Shown: positions 1 to 9,900 of the stretch, in pieces
Numbering within the stretch: position 1 is the first letter of the stretch
Layout: every line of letters begins with the position of its first letter
Source: Candidatus Latescibacterota bacterium
Lineage (GTDB): Bacteria > Latescibacterota > UBA2968 > UBA8231
Direction of reading: 5' to 3'
Assembly (NCBI GenBank): GCA_965248265.1
Contig: CBDFJF010000001.1
Location: 384,001-448,000, forward strand
Length of the DNA stretch: 64,000 nt
Translations under genes and position numbers: made by a program
Notes under the pieces: model-generated
Told to the model about the DNA's origin: nothing
Databases searched by the model: none
Seen by the model: only the letters and a program-made list of their open reading frames with translations

Positions 1-1
1 T

Positions 2-376
2 GGGGGTACCAGCAGTACGGCGCCGCCGGATGACGATGGGACGCCCGAAGACGGCCGCATTCTCGTCGCCAACGAAACGATGGTGAACCTGGAAGTTGCC
101 TATCTCAGAGAAGACGAAGCCAGCGGATCGCGCCTGGTCCGGACGGAGGTGGCACCAGGAACCATAGCCGATGTCAGTGGGGGACGGGGACTCCTGCCGG
201 CAGCTACACGGCTTGAGCTGGATCTGGTACTGGGGCCGGTAGACGACGGGTTGACTCGCGTGCGGCGCAAGGTGAGCGTCGACGTCGATGGCGAGGTCCT
301 GGTGACGATCCGGTTGCTCGATCCAGAGGATCTCTTCAGCATCGAGATAGAGGTAACAGCGTCGCCAGCGGCCTGA
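2..376 (+). CDS. Hypothetical protein, probable lipoprotein (5'-partial)
   Basis: The frame of ORF 80..376 stays open to the window edge (GGTSSTAPPDDDGTPEDGRILVANET...). The low-complexity tether followed by a beta-rich domain is typical just after a lipobox Cys. Confidence 0.55.
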   Translation, partial: GGTSSTAPPDDDGTPEDGRILVANETMVNLEVAYLREDEASGSRLVRTEVAPGTIADVSGGRGLLPAATRLELDLVLGPVDDGLTRVRRKVSVDVDGEVLVTIRLLDPEDLFSIEIEVTASPAA

Positions 377-403
377 TGATCGATGGCCTCACGCCCGGAC
401 TAC

Positions 404-1444
404 CTACACGAAGGTGTCTTCGGCGCTGCCGCGTACGATCTGAATCTGACCCTGGTCCTCCAGCTGGCGGACCTTCTGGACGATGCGCAGTTGCACTTCC
501 TCGACCTCGCTCAGTCGCATCGGACCGGTGAATTCCATCTCTTCTTCGATGAAGCCCCGGACACGATCGGACATGTTGGTGAGAAGTTTATCCTTTACCT
601 CTTCGCTGGCGGCCTTGAGTGCGATGACCAGATCCTTCTGCTCTACTTCGCGCAGGATCGTTTGCACTTCTCGGTCGGTCAGTTTGTGGATGTCGTCGAA
701 GACGAACATCATGTTGCGGACGATTTCAGCCACTTCTGGATCCTGAGCGTCGAGTCGGTCGAGGACATTCTTCTCCACCGAACCGCCGGTCAAGTTGAGA
801 ATGTCGGCGACTACCTTGGGACCACCCACATCCTGATTGCCACCCAGGATGTCACGCAGGTTGGCCTCGAGGCTCTCCTCAATCTGCTTCAACACATTAG
901 GCGTGATGTTTTCCATCACCGCGATCCGGTAGGCGACTTCGGCCTGAATACGCTCGGGTAGCTGGGCGATGATGCCGGCCGCCTGCTGCGGCTCCAGTTG
1001 CGACAGGATCAGGGCAATCGTCTGTGGGTGTTCATGTGAAATGAAGGGAGCAAGCTGTTCGGGGGGCACGTTCTTGAGCAGGTAAAACCCGGAGCTGACC
1101 GTGCTCATGATCCGGTCGAGAATCTCTTGAGTCTTGCGCGGGCCGACGGCGCGCTCGAGGGCGCCGCGAGCGAAATCGACGCCGCCCTGGCTCATGTATT
1201 CGCCAGCCAGCAAGTGCTGCTCGAAATCGGCCAGGACCTCGTCCTGGAGCTCGATCGGCAGATGCTTTAGTTCGGTAATGGTGTGGGTAATGTCCTCGAT
1301 CTCGTAATCAGTCAGGTACTTCAGAACCTCCCCGGCGTTCTCCTGTCCCAGGGCGACCATGAGTACGGCGACTTTCTGGCGTGGATCGAGGCCATCGTCC
1401 TCGCCTGCGGCCAGTTTCATGTCATTCTCCGGTCCATATTCCAT
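404..1444 (-). CDS. fliG: Flagellar motor switch protein FliG homologue (orphan)
   Basis: Motifs KVAVLMVALG, GGVDFAR, EHPQ, GGPK, MFVFDD and GPMRLSEVEEVQ. Start placed at MEYGP (1444); the ORF extension to 1618 does not look FliG-like. Confidence 0.93.
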   Translation of the reverse strand: MEYGPENDMKLAAGEDDGLDPRQKVAVLMVALGQENAGEVLKYLTDYEIEDITHTITELKHLPIELQDEVLADFEQHLLAGEYMSQGGVDFARGALERAVGPRKTQEILDRIMSTVSSGFYLLKNVPPEQLAPFISHEHPQTIALILSQLEPQQAAGIIAQLPERIQAEVAYRIAVMENITPNVLKQIEESLEANLRDILGGNQDVGGPKVVADILNLTGGSVEKNVLDRLDAQDPEVAEIVRNMMFVFDDIHKLTDREVQTILREVEQKDLVIALKAASEEVKDKLLTNMSDRVRGFIEEEMEFTGPMRLSEVEEVQLRIVQKVRQLEDQGQIQIVRGSAEDTFV

Positions 1445-1715
1445 TTTGGTAACCTCGCTCAGAATAAACGTCCCCATGCACAGAAAAATATTTCCCTGCA
1501 TAGGCACTCGGTACGCCGCTTTGTCTTGTCCTTGTAGGCCGATCGATAGCCGATCCGCAGGGACTTGCCCATCACCTTGCAAACGGGGGGCCAAGGTGTG
1601 GCCGTCGAGCCTGGCCATGCGACTGAGAAAGACAGGCAGAACACTAGCGTAGGGTTAATGTCCGCAGTCGCTTAGGTCAATTTCGCCTTGCAAAACAGCC
1701 CAAGACTACCTATTA

Positions 1716-1743
1716 TTGACTAACATTGTATAAAATATACAGT
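1716..1743 (+). promoter_or_regulatory. Sigma70-like promoter overlapped by palindrome TGTATA-N3-TATACA
   Basis: TTGACT (1716-1721), 16-nt spacer, TACAGT (1738-1743); palindrome at 1727-1741 within an AT-rich intergenic stretch. Confidence 0.45.
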
Positions 1744-1753
1744 TGCTACTGGT

Positions 1754-1802
1754 TCTCCTCCCTGTTTTGTAGTATCTCCTCCCTTCCATAAAAAATCTCC
1801 CT
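1754..1802. repeat. 21-bp-phased direct repeats TCTCCTCCCT
   Basis: TCTCCTCCCT at 1754 and 1775, and TCTCCCT at 1796. Confidence 0.6.
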
Positions 1803-1856
1803 GCGTCAGGACCTCCGCGTCACCCACGCGGACTGTCGATGAGGTGGGATAAGACC

Positions 1857-2754
1857 ATGCAGGACGTAGATCTACACGTTCTTCCGGGTCCGCCGCACGC
1901 GGGACTCAAACGCCGTATTCTCGATGAATTGATGCGTAATCCGTTTCTGGACGACGATCTCCAGATGTTGTCGGCGAGGCTAGGAACTCCACGCAGGGAG
2001 CTTTCAGAGGCACTTGCTGGCCTGTCTACGGCCCGGTTTGTGCACTCAAACCGGCCGCAACAGTTACATGCTGGATATGGAGATCGGGAGTGAAACTGTA
2101 GGAGAAACAGCGACAGAGGAACTGTTGTGGGGCGCAGAGCCCAATGCTGACCTTGCTGCGGTCGAGCCGATTGTCACCGAAGACGTTGACGAAGATGGTG
2201 ACGAAGGTGTCTCCGGCACGGTCCTATTCCTGCCCAATACGGAAGCGCCTGCTACAAAGAAGCTGGTGGAAGCGCTGCCTATCGGAATTGTCGTCCTCAA
2301 CCAGGACGGCATTCTCGAGTTGGCCAATCGCAAGGCCTCCGATTGGCTCGGGTTGCCCGTCGACGTGCTGGACGGAGCGACCTTCGAAATCGTTACCGGC
2401 GTGAACCCCATGGCCGTCCTCTCCGGCGAGCCGACTGCCTCGCCGATCACTTTTTCCGTGAAGGAGCCGTCGCCTGTCGAAATCACGATCCGACCCTGTC
2501 TGATCGAGTCTGGGGCAGCGGTCCTCCTGATCGTCCGGGACACTACACTGCAGGAGGAGGTCTCGAAAATTCAGGCCAATCTACAAGAAGAGATCTTCGA
2601 TCAGATGCGCGACGAGATCGTCGATCCGCTCTTCACGATTGAACAGTTTCTGGATCGGCCAGATGGGACTACGCTGGTGCAAGCTCGCGCCGCCATGGAG
2701 CAGGTGAACTGGTTCATGCGGCAGTTTTTCTTGCGTGACGAACCGAAAAAATGA
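1857..2754 (+). pseudogene. Winged-HTH + PAS + degenerate HisKA-like protein, split by a one-base frameshift near 2048-2050
   Basis: ORF 1839..2093 (LSARLGTPRRELSEALAGL...RFVHS) joins ORF 2014..2754 (TGRNSYMLD) if one A of AAA 2048-2050 is removed. PAS signature LVEALPIGIVVLNQDGILELANRKA...LLIVRDTT. The split could be a sequencing error. Confidence 0.6.
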
Positions 2755-2798
2755 TACGGCGCGGCTGAATTTGCCCGCGTGGGTGGAGGCTGACTGAA

Positions 2799-3932
2799 AT
2801 GGTACTGGACATACGAAACGTGAACGGAGGCACGGGTGAGGCTGAGCCCGAGGATGTGACACTGCCGACTTCGATTCCGGCTGTCGATGAGATCAGCAAG
2901 GACACGGGCGTGGCTCAACCGGTAGCGCTCGAGGATCTTCTCGATGTCGTCGTCGATGGCGAGTCACTGCAGGTCCGGGCCGCCGCCGCCGCTCAACTTC
3001 GATCCCTGGTCCCGGCTGACGAGGGTGTCGAACTGTTGTGCCGGGTGGTCGAGACCCTGGATGATCCGCGCAGGAACACGGCTGCCCAGATTCTGGGACA
3101 TCACCGTCAATGGCTGGGATCGAAGCCCGGTCTCGAGAGAGCCGTGGCTTGGTTGCGTCTGGAGCTCGATCCAGAGGTGGCCACCTCGATGGCGTGGGCC
3201 CTGCGCCACAAGGATGTCCTGGTGGAGTTTCTGTTGCATCCGGCCGCCGGCGTAGCCCGCGAGGCGGCTCTGGGGTTACCGGTAACAGCCAAAACGTTAC
3301 CTGCTCTGGTGCGGGTGCTGTTGATGGGACGTTCACCCGACGTCGATCGCATCCTGTCGGAGAAACTGTCGGCCATCCACAACAACCAGGCGATGAGCGT
3401 TGCGCAATTGTTGCAGGATTGGGAGGGGGAGGTGGGCGAAGAGGAGCTCAATACCGCCATCGCCTGCCTGCCCCAAGTGCCCTTGTTCGTTGAATTCGTC
3501 GAGCAGGCAGGGCAGGCAGACTGGCGTCCCGCGCAGACGCCGACGGAAGCGGATCACGCCCGAAGCCGGCATCGTATCACCCAATTGATCGAACGCAGCT
3601 TGTTGCGCTCGCCTTCGGGTGAACTCGTCCGGCACATGGTCAACCGCATCGGCCAGGATGACGGGTTCGCGCGGCGTCACACCTCCTTCCTCAGGGCTGC
3701 CGCCACCAATACCGACGCCGTTTTCGGCGCCGAATTGGTGGATGACCTGGCACGGTTGACGATCGGCGCGTCCGAGGAGAAGCTTGCACGGATGGCCCAG
3801 ATGCTGATGGAGTTGAGCAACAAGCTTGACGTCGGTTCGAAGCCCCAGGCTCAGGCTCTGATCGAACAGTGGATGACGAAGTCACCGAATCTGAAACTGA
3901 AAATCTATCACATGCAGCAGGGTATCAGCTGA
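2799..3932 (+). CDS. Hypothetical all-helical (HEAT/ARM-like) protein
   Basis: 377-aa ORF with HEAT-like segments (VRAAAAAQL, RRNTAAQILG, VATSMAWAL, VAREAALGL). Confidence 0.65.
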   Translation: MVLDIRNVNGGTGEAEPEDVTLPTSIPAVDEISKDTGVAQPVALEDLLDVVVDGESLQVRAAAAAQLRSLVPADEGVELLCRVVETLDDPRRNTAAQILGHHRQWLGSKPGLERAVAWLRLELDPEVATSMAWALRHKDVLVEFLLHPAAGVAREAALGLPVTAKTLPALVRVLLMGRSPDVDRILSEKLSAIHNNQAMSVAQLLQDWEGEVGEEELNTAIACLPQVPLFVEFVEQAGQADWRPAQTPTEADHARSRHRITQLIERSLLRSPSGELVRHMVNRIGQDDGFARRHTSFLRAAATNTDAVFGAELVDDLARLTIGASEEKLARMAQMLMELSNKLDVGSKPQAQALIEQWMTKSPNLKLKIYHMQQGIS

Positions 3933-3954
3933 TCGGTATCCCGATCTACACCGC

Positions 3955-5025
3955 CTAGGTGTGGGCCCGCCGCATCATGAACGCACCTAGAATGCCTAAC
4001 AGCAGATTCGCGATCCATGCACCCAACCATGGGTCGATGACGGCATTCCATCCCAACGCCTGACCCGCCTTCACGCAGCTGTAGAAGACAAAACAGATCA
4101 GCACGCCGATGCCGAAGCTGTTGGCTCGTCCACCACGGGCGTTGGCCGCCACCGGGGCACCCAGTAGCAGGATCACGAAGCAGGTGAGTGGGAAGGCGAT
4201 TTTCAAATGCAGGTCCACGAGATTGCGGGTGGCATCCTCACCATTGGCGATGGCTCGGTCAATGTAGGCCCGCAGTTCGCGGTAATTCATCTCTTCCGGC
4301 TTTCTGCGCTGGCGCGCAAAATCGTCCGGAGCCAGGCTCAGCGAGCCCAGGGCCAGCGAATCGAATGACGTCACGCGCGGCTCTCCGTCCCCAAAGCGGA
4401 ATTCGTGACCGTCGAGGACGACCCAACCGCCGTCACCGCGCCACTGCAGCAACCTGCCGGTTACTCGCCGCGTAGTAGAGGCATTCTGCCGTCGCTCCCA
4501 CAATACGTGATGAGCGCGGCGCTTGGCGTGTTCGTAGGACCTGGCAGACAACAGCTGTCCCCCCGTATCCTGCAACAAGACCTGCCGGCGTGAACCGTCG
4601 CTGCGCCGATAGGAGCGGATGTCGTCGCGCATGTCATTGTAGCGCTTGGTCGCCACTGGTACGACGAAGTCCGTGAAGGCGAAGGCCAGCCCGCTGAAGC
4701 AGAGTCCGAAAACGAAGAGAGGCAGCAGCAGGCGGTACAGGCTGATACCGGCTGCCTTGGCGGCAGTGATCTCGTTGCGCCGGGCCATCGATGTCAAGCA
4801 AAACAGGGTGCTCAGCAGTACCGCCACGGGGAGCGTCAGGATGAGCCAGTAGGGTGTGCGGTAAGCGTAGTACCGCGCGAATTGACCCAGTGAAGCATCG
4901 TGGTCGATGAACATGTCGATGTTCTCGTTGAGATTGACCACGAAGGCGACCAACCACAACGCCAGAATACTCATTCCAAGCCACTGGACATAGCGTTGCA
5001 ACACATAGCGGTCGAGTCTGGTCAT
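3955..5025 (-). CDS. lptG: LPS export ABC transporter permease LptG (LptF/LptG family)
   Basis: MTRLDRYV start, RRNEITAAKAAGISLYRL, KIAFPLTC, AWIAN. ATG overlaps the lptF stop (ATGA). Confidence 0.88.
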   Translation of the reverse strand: MTRLDRYVLQRYVQWLGMSILALWLVAFVVNLNENIDMFIDHDASLGQFARYYAYRTPYWLILTLPVAVLLSTLFCLTSMARRNEITAAKAAGISLYRLLLPLFVFGLCFSGLAFAFTDFVVPVATKRYNDMRDDIRSYRRSDGSRRQVLLQDTGGQLLSARSYEHAKRRAHHVLWERRQNASTTRRVTGRLLQWRGDGGWVVLDGHEFRFGDGEPRVTSFDSLALGSLSLAPDDFARQRRKPEEMNYRELRAYIDRAIANGEDATRNLVDLHLKIAFPLTCFVILLLGAPVAANARGGRANSFGIGVLICFVFYSCVKAGQALGWNAVIDPWLGAWIANLLLGILGAFMMRRAHT

Positions 5026-6332
5026 GGCTCGGATCGCGTAATCGCGGATGGCAATCTGCGCAGCCATCCCAGCAGGGGGCGGTCTTCGGCGACTGCGTGC
5101 GATAGGGCCAGTCCCAGGCCGCCGAAGAAGAGGTTGGGCGCCCACATCGCCAGCATCGGGGCGACGAAGCCACGGTCGGCCAGCTTTTCGCCGGCGATCA
5201 GGAACATCCAGTAGGTGAGGAAGAACACCAGGCTGATGGCCACCGAGACCGCGGCGCCGGAACTGCGAACCAGCGCGCCCAGGGGGGCTCCCAGCAGCAC
5301 GAAGACGAGACAGGCCGTCGGGATAGAGAACTTCTTGTGTATCTCCACCAGATAGGACTTACGGGTGCGCTCGCGATTCTCCTGCATGCGCCACTGGCGA
5401 TCAAATCGCCGCACGAGTTCCTGCGCCCGCTCACTCATCTCCCGTTCGCCCACGTGCGCCTCCACGAGAAAGGCCTCCAGACTGGAATCCATGCGCGCGA
5501 AGGCGCGAGCCTCTTCAACGTGGGTTCCCTCCACGGTGGCGTACATGTCGGCCACGTCCATCTCTCGATCGTTGCGGTAGGCAGAACGGTAGTCCTTGAA
5601 GCCCCTCTCTGCATCCTCGATATGGACGACCTGTTTTTCGAAGGTGCCGAGGACGAAGTGCTGCGGGTCATCAGCATCGATCCGGTGAAACTCGCCATTG
5701 TACAGCGTCAGACGTAGGTACCTGCCCTCCTCAAAGATCTCCAACTCTCCTTCTGCCGCATGCAGGGCGGTTGGAAAGCCCTTCCTGCCACTGTCATAGA
5801 GGGTGATGCCGTAGAGTTTGTTGGAGCTTTCATCGACGCGTTGGATCAACAGACTGTTCGAGCTGATGTCACGGATGAAGACGCCTTCCTTCTGCTTGAG
5901 AACCACGGCCGCTTTGCGGCGTTTTAGGTTGGCCAGGATGTTCCTCGCCTGGTGGTTCCAGTCGGGCAGCACGCGGTCGTTGAAAATGATCATCAGCACG
6001 GTCAACCCAGCGGCCGCGATGAGGATGGGTAACAGAAGGCGCACGAAACTGATGCCGTTGGATTTGACGGCCAGGATTTCGTTGTCCGCTGCCAGCCGTC
6101 CGAATGCCATCAGGACGGATACGAGGACGGCCATTGGCACCGCAAGCGCGATGATCCAGGCGAGGTTGTAGAGGAACAGCTCCGCCGCCAATCCGAACCC
6201 CAATCCCTTGCTCAACACCTGATCCATCATCTGCAGAATCACGTCCAGAATCAGGATGAACAGGATCAGCGCCAGTCCGAACAAAAACGGACTGGCGTGC
6301 TGTCGCAGGACGTATTTCGAGAGCGCCGTCAA
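5022..6332 (-). CDS. lptF: LPS export ABC transporter permease LptF (LptF/LptG family)
   Basis: FGRLAADNEILAVKSNGISF, VEIHKKFSIPTAC, MWAPN; three N-terminal and three C-terminal TM segments. Confidence 0.88.
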   Translation of the reverse strand: MTALSKYVLRQHASPFLFGLALILFILILDVILQMMDQVLSKGLGFGLAAELFLYNLAWIIALAVPMAVLVSVLMAFGRLAADNEILAVKSNGISFVRLLLPILIAAAGLTVLMIIFNDRVLPDWNHQARNILANLKRRKAAVVLKQKEGVFIRDISSNSLLIQRVDESSNKLYGITLYDSGRKGFPTALHAAEGELEIFEEGRYLRLTLYNGEFHRIDADDPQHFVLGTFEKQVVHIEDAERGFKDYRSAYRNDREMDVADMYATVEGTHVEEARAFARMDSSLEAFLVEAHVGEREMSERAQELVRRFDRQWRMQENRERTRKSYLVEIHKKFSIPTACLVFVLLGAPLGALVRSSGAAVSVAISLVFFLTYWMFLIAGEKLADRGFVAPMLAMWAPNLFFGGLGLALSHAVAEDRPLLGWLRRLPSAITRSEP

Positions 6333-6952
6333 TGATTTCGTTCAATCAGGATGGGGATGTGAAGGCTACAGATCTGTGTGTCAGAGGAAACACTTCCGTC
6401 CGAAACCGGTGAGACCAATATACTCAGGGCACCGCCTTGTCGAACAGTGAAAAGCCAACGGATCGCGGAATCGGGAACGGAATTTGCAAGTTTGCGGCCG
6501 AACCGAGGTCCCATCGCATTGGAACGCGGCGACTGGAGCCGAATCAGCTTGATCCATATTGAGCGTTATGCTATGTTTAACAACAAGTTATCAACCGAAT
6601 CGCGCGCCTGTACCGCGCCACGGTACCACGCTGTCAGCAGGACACCTCCCTCTTTTCGGAGTCCGCCTATTCCGGAGCGTTAACGCGTCTTTTTCCGCAT
6701 GAGCCAGGCAGGATCACTTTGGCCATGCAGATTGTGCGGGCATCCGCACTCATTGCTCAAAAAAAGGCATCTGAGCGACCCTGGTCTCTCGGGAATCCGA
6801 GACGACGGACCCAGCCGCGTGCGAGTGCACGTGCGTCTTCGTCAGGCACAGGCACTCGGAAATGAATGCCGCAATCGCGTCGACGAGCCGGCCATGATAC
6901 ACCGTAACCAGACACAGTCACTGCAAAATCCGCCCGGGAGAATTCAGGCAGG

Positions 6953-9900
6953 ATGACACATCCTCCTCCCCCCGTGTTGCGAGTTTTGCCCTTTGTTATT
7001 GGTGCTGCCACCCTTTTCCAGAGCGGCGTGGAGGCCAAGATAGGCCTTAAGCCGTCGGCTTTGCCGACTCCTCTGTCGCAACTCTACACAGAGCCACCCG
7101 CCAATGCGCCGCTGACGTCGCGCGGACCGGGAATGTTTCGCAGCCGGGCCACCAAGCCGCTACTGGAGCTTTCGTCATCGTTCACGGACAAGCGGGTAGT
7201 CGTGGATCCCACCGGCGCTCATTATACGCCCCACGCCGCAGGGTTTCCCACCGGTCCGACGATCACGCTGCCGCTCGAATCCTACCTAGGGTTGGGGCAT
7301 TCGCTGATGTTCCAACGCCGTTGGCGCGAAACCGTGCGGTCCGAATTTTCCCGGGCCGCCGCCCGTCAACAGCGTCAAGGGAAATCGCGTCTTGAATGGC
7401 GTGTGCCGCTACCTGCGCCGAAACCGTTGCGCCGGTTTATCGGCGACGAGGGACAGCTGAAGATCAACGGCAAGCACACGGCGACGATCGGTGGCAAGAG
7501 CCAGTGGACGGCTGGGGAGGTGCGCACGCTGGCAGGCGGTCCGTCCAAGTTTCCGGCACTGACCATGGATCAGGAGTCGCAGTTCACGGTCGAAGGCAAG
7601 GTCGGTGAGGCCATTAACATCCGTATAACACAGGATACCCAGCAGTTGGGAACGTCCTTCAGGGATCAGCTGGCCAATCAAATCAAGCTGGACTACAAGG
7701 GAGACGAGGACGCCGTATTCCAGGAGGTGCAGGCAGGCAACACCACGCTGGCCTTGCCCAGTACTCGCTTCGTCGGCTTCAACCAACAGCACAAGGGCTT
7801 GTTCGGCATCCGCGCCAGGGGCCGCCTCGGACCCCTCGGGTTTACGACCATCGCCAGCCACGAAAAGAGCGAGAGCAAGCGCAGCACCTTTCGCGGCGGT
7901 GCGCGCGTGGACACGATGACGATAAAAGACTACGAGTACCTGCCGCGCACCTATTTCTTCCTCGACCCTGTCTACGGCGAGCGCCTGGAAGACTATCGTG
8001 AGGTGGCGCGGGCGCGGCCCCAGGATTTCAATCCGGCCGACATAATCGACGAGCGCAGTCTCGAGGTCTACATCAACGACTTCAACGTCAACAACGACCC
8101 CGAGCAACTGGCCAAACAGGGAATCGCCTGGGTGGATGCTGAGTACACTGCGAATCGGGTTAACGGTACCTGGGGTCAGCACGAGATCGACGAATCAAGC
8201 GGCTACTTCGAACAAGGTACCTGGCATCGCCTGGATCCCGATGACGACTACGGTCTGGTGGCAGAGCTGGGGTATATCGTCATGCGCACACCCATCGCAG
8301 AGAGACACTCGCTGGCAGTGCGGTACCGCACCGTCGGCAGCGCGGCAGCATCCGTCGCCGGGGAACAATTTGGCGATACCCGCGGTGATACTCTACAGCT
8401 CAAGCTCATCCAGGCGCGCGATTCGCGCCCCAACTTTCCGACCTGGGACCTCGAGTGGCGCAATGTCTATCGCATAAGTCGCAGCTTTGCCCGCGGCAAG
8501 AAGTTCGAAGAGGACAAGATCCGCGTGCAAGTCCTCAAGGAGGTGGCCGGTCGTGAACCGCAGACGTCGCAGGACGGCAAACGCTATCTGCAGATCTTCG
8601 GAATCGACGAACACGGACAGGATCCAGGCACCCCCCCCGACCAGATAATCGATGCCGATTATATCGGATTGGATGGCGTGCGCGGGGTTTTGATCTTTCC
8701 CGCCCGCAAACCGTTCGCCCCGGTAGAAGGGGCCCCGGGATTCGGGGAGTTGCAGGACACCGTAGAGGAGATCTACACCAGTCAACAGGACCGGGACAAG
8801 ATCGAGGCCAGCACGTACCTGATACAGGTTGTCAACAGCTCCGGACAACAGCGTATCAACCTAACCCAGGGGCGCCTGGCCGGTGTCGATCCAGAGTCCG
8901 TCGACGTGCGCCTCAACGGCAAATCCTTGACGCGCGGGAAGGACTTCCGGGTGAGTTTCAACGGAGAAGTCACCTTCATGGGCCAAGCACAGTCGTCGGT
9001 CTCCGATCCAGGCGCGGACTTGGAGATCAGCTTCGAGTCTGAGGACCTGATCGGCATCGGGGGGCAGCAGAAGACCCTCGTCGGCATGCGCACGGAGTAC
9101 GAATTCTGGGAAGGGGATGGCAGCATCGGGACCACGGTCCTCTACAACAACGAGCGCAGTTCGGACAAGAGAGTCCGTGTGGGCCGCGAGCCGGCTCGCA
9201 CCATCGTTTGGGATACCGATCTGCGAGCGAATTTCGAGGCCCCGATCCTGACGCGCATTGTCGATGCCCTGCCGCTGTTGAAGACGGCTGCCGCGTCGAA
9301 GGTGACGGTCCAGGCCGAAATCGCCCAGAGCCGACCCAACCTGAATACCCGCGGACAGGGGTACATCGACGATTTCGAGGGCAGCGAGCGACCGGAGATC
9401 CTCAGCATGTTTCGAACCCGGTGGACGCCGGCTAGCATACCCGAAGATTCCGGTCTCGACGAGACCAACCGCGGTCGAATGATCTGGTTCAACCCGCTCA
9501 ACAAGGTTTCACGCCTTGAGATCTGGCCGCAACAGGAAGGTCAGATCGACTCGCGCAATAACGACATCGATATCCTGGTGATGGAGTTGACGGGCGGCCG
9601 TCCATTGGAGCCGTCCTGGGAAGGGCTGATGACCCCATGGACCGGAGGCGTCAGAGATTTCTCCCAGTCAAAATTTCTCGAGATATGGGCCCGTGGCGAC
9701 GAGGGGAGCGTGCACATCGACCTGGGCGACATCAGCGAAGACTACACCCGCCGTGAGCTGGATGAGGGTGACATGGCCGTGCTCTCTCTCGAGGAGAAAC
9801 TGGCCAAGTTGAGGACCGGGGACCGCAAGTTGGACACCGAAGACAAACCGCTGCCTGGACGGATCAGCGGTGACGGCGTGGCTTCGATCGAGGAGGACAT

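Noticed and set aside
383-961. 192-aa + strand ORF, and many similar long antisense ORFs (e.g. 7409..8182, 32249..33067, 45142..46134, 54401..55168)
   Set aside because: Antisense shadows of well-supported genes, expected in high-GC DNA; no recognisable motifs.
1726-1742. LexA/SOS box
   Set aside because: Spacing is TTGT-N9-ACAG rather than CTGT-N8-ACAG; kept only as a generic palindrome.
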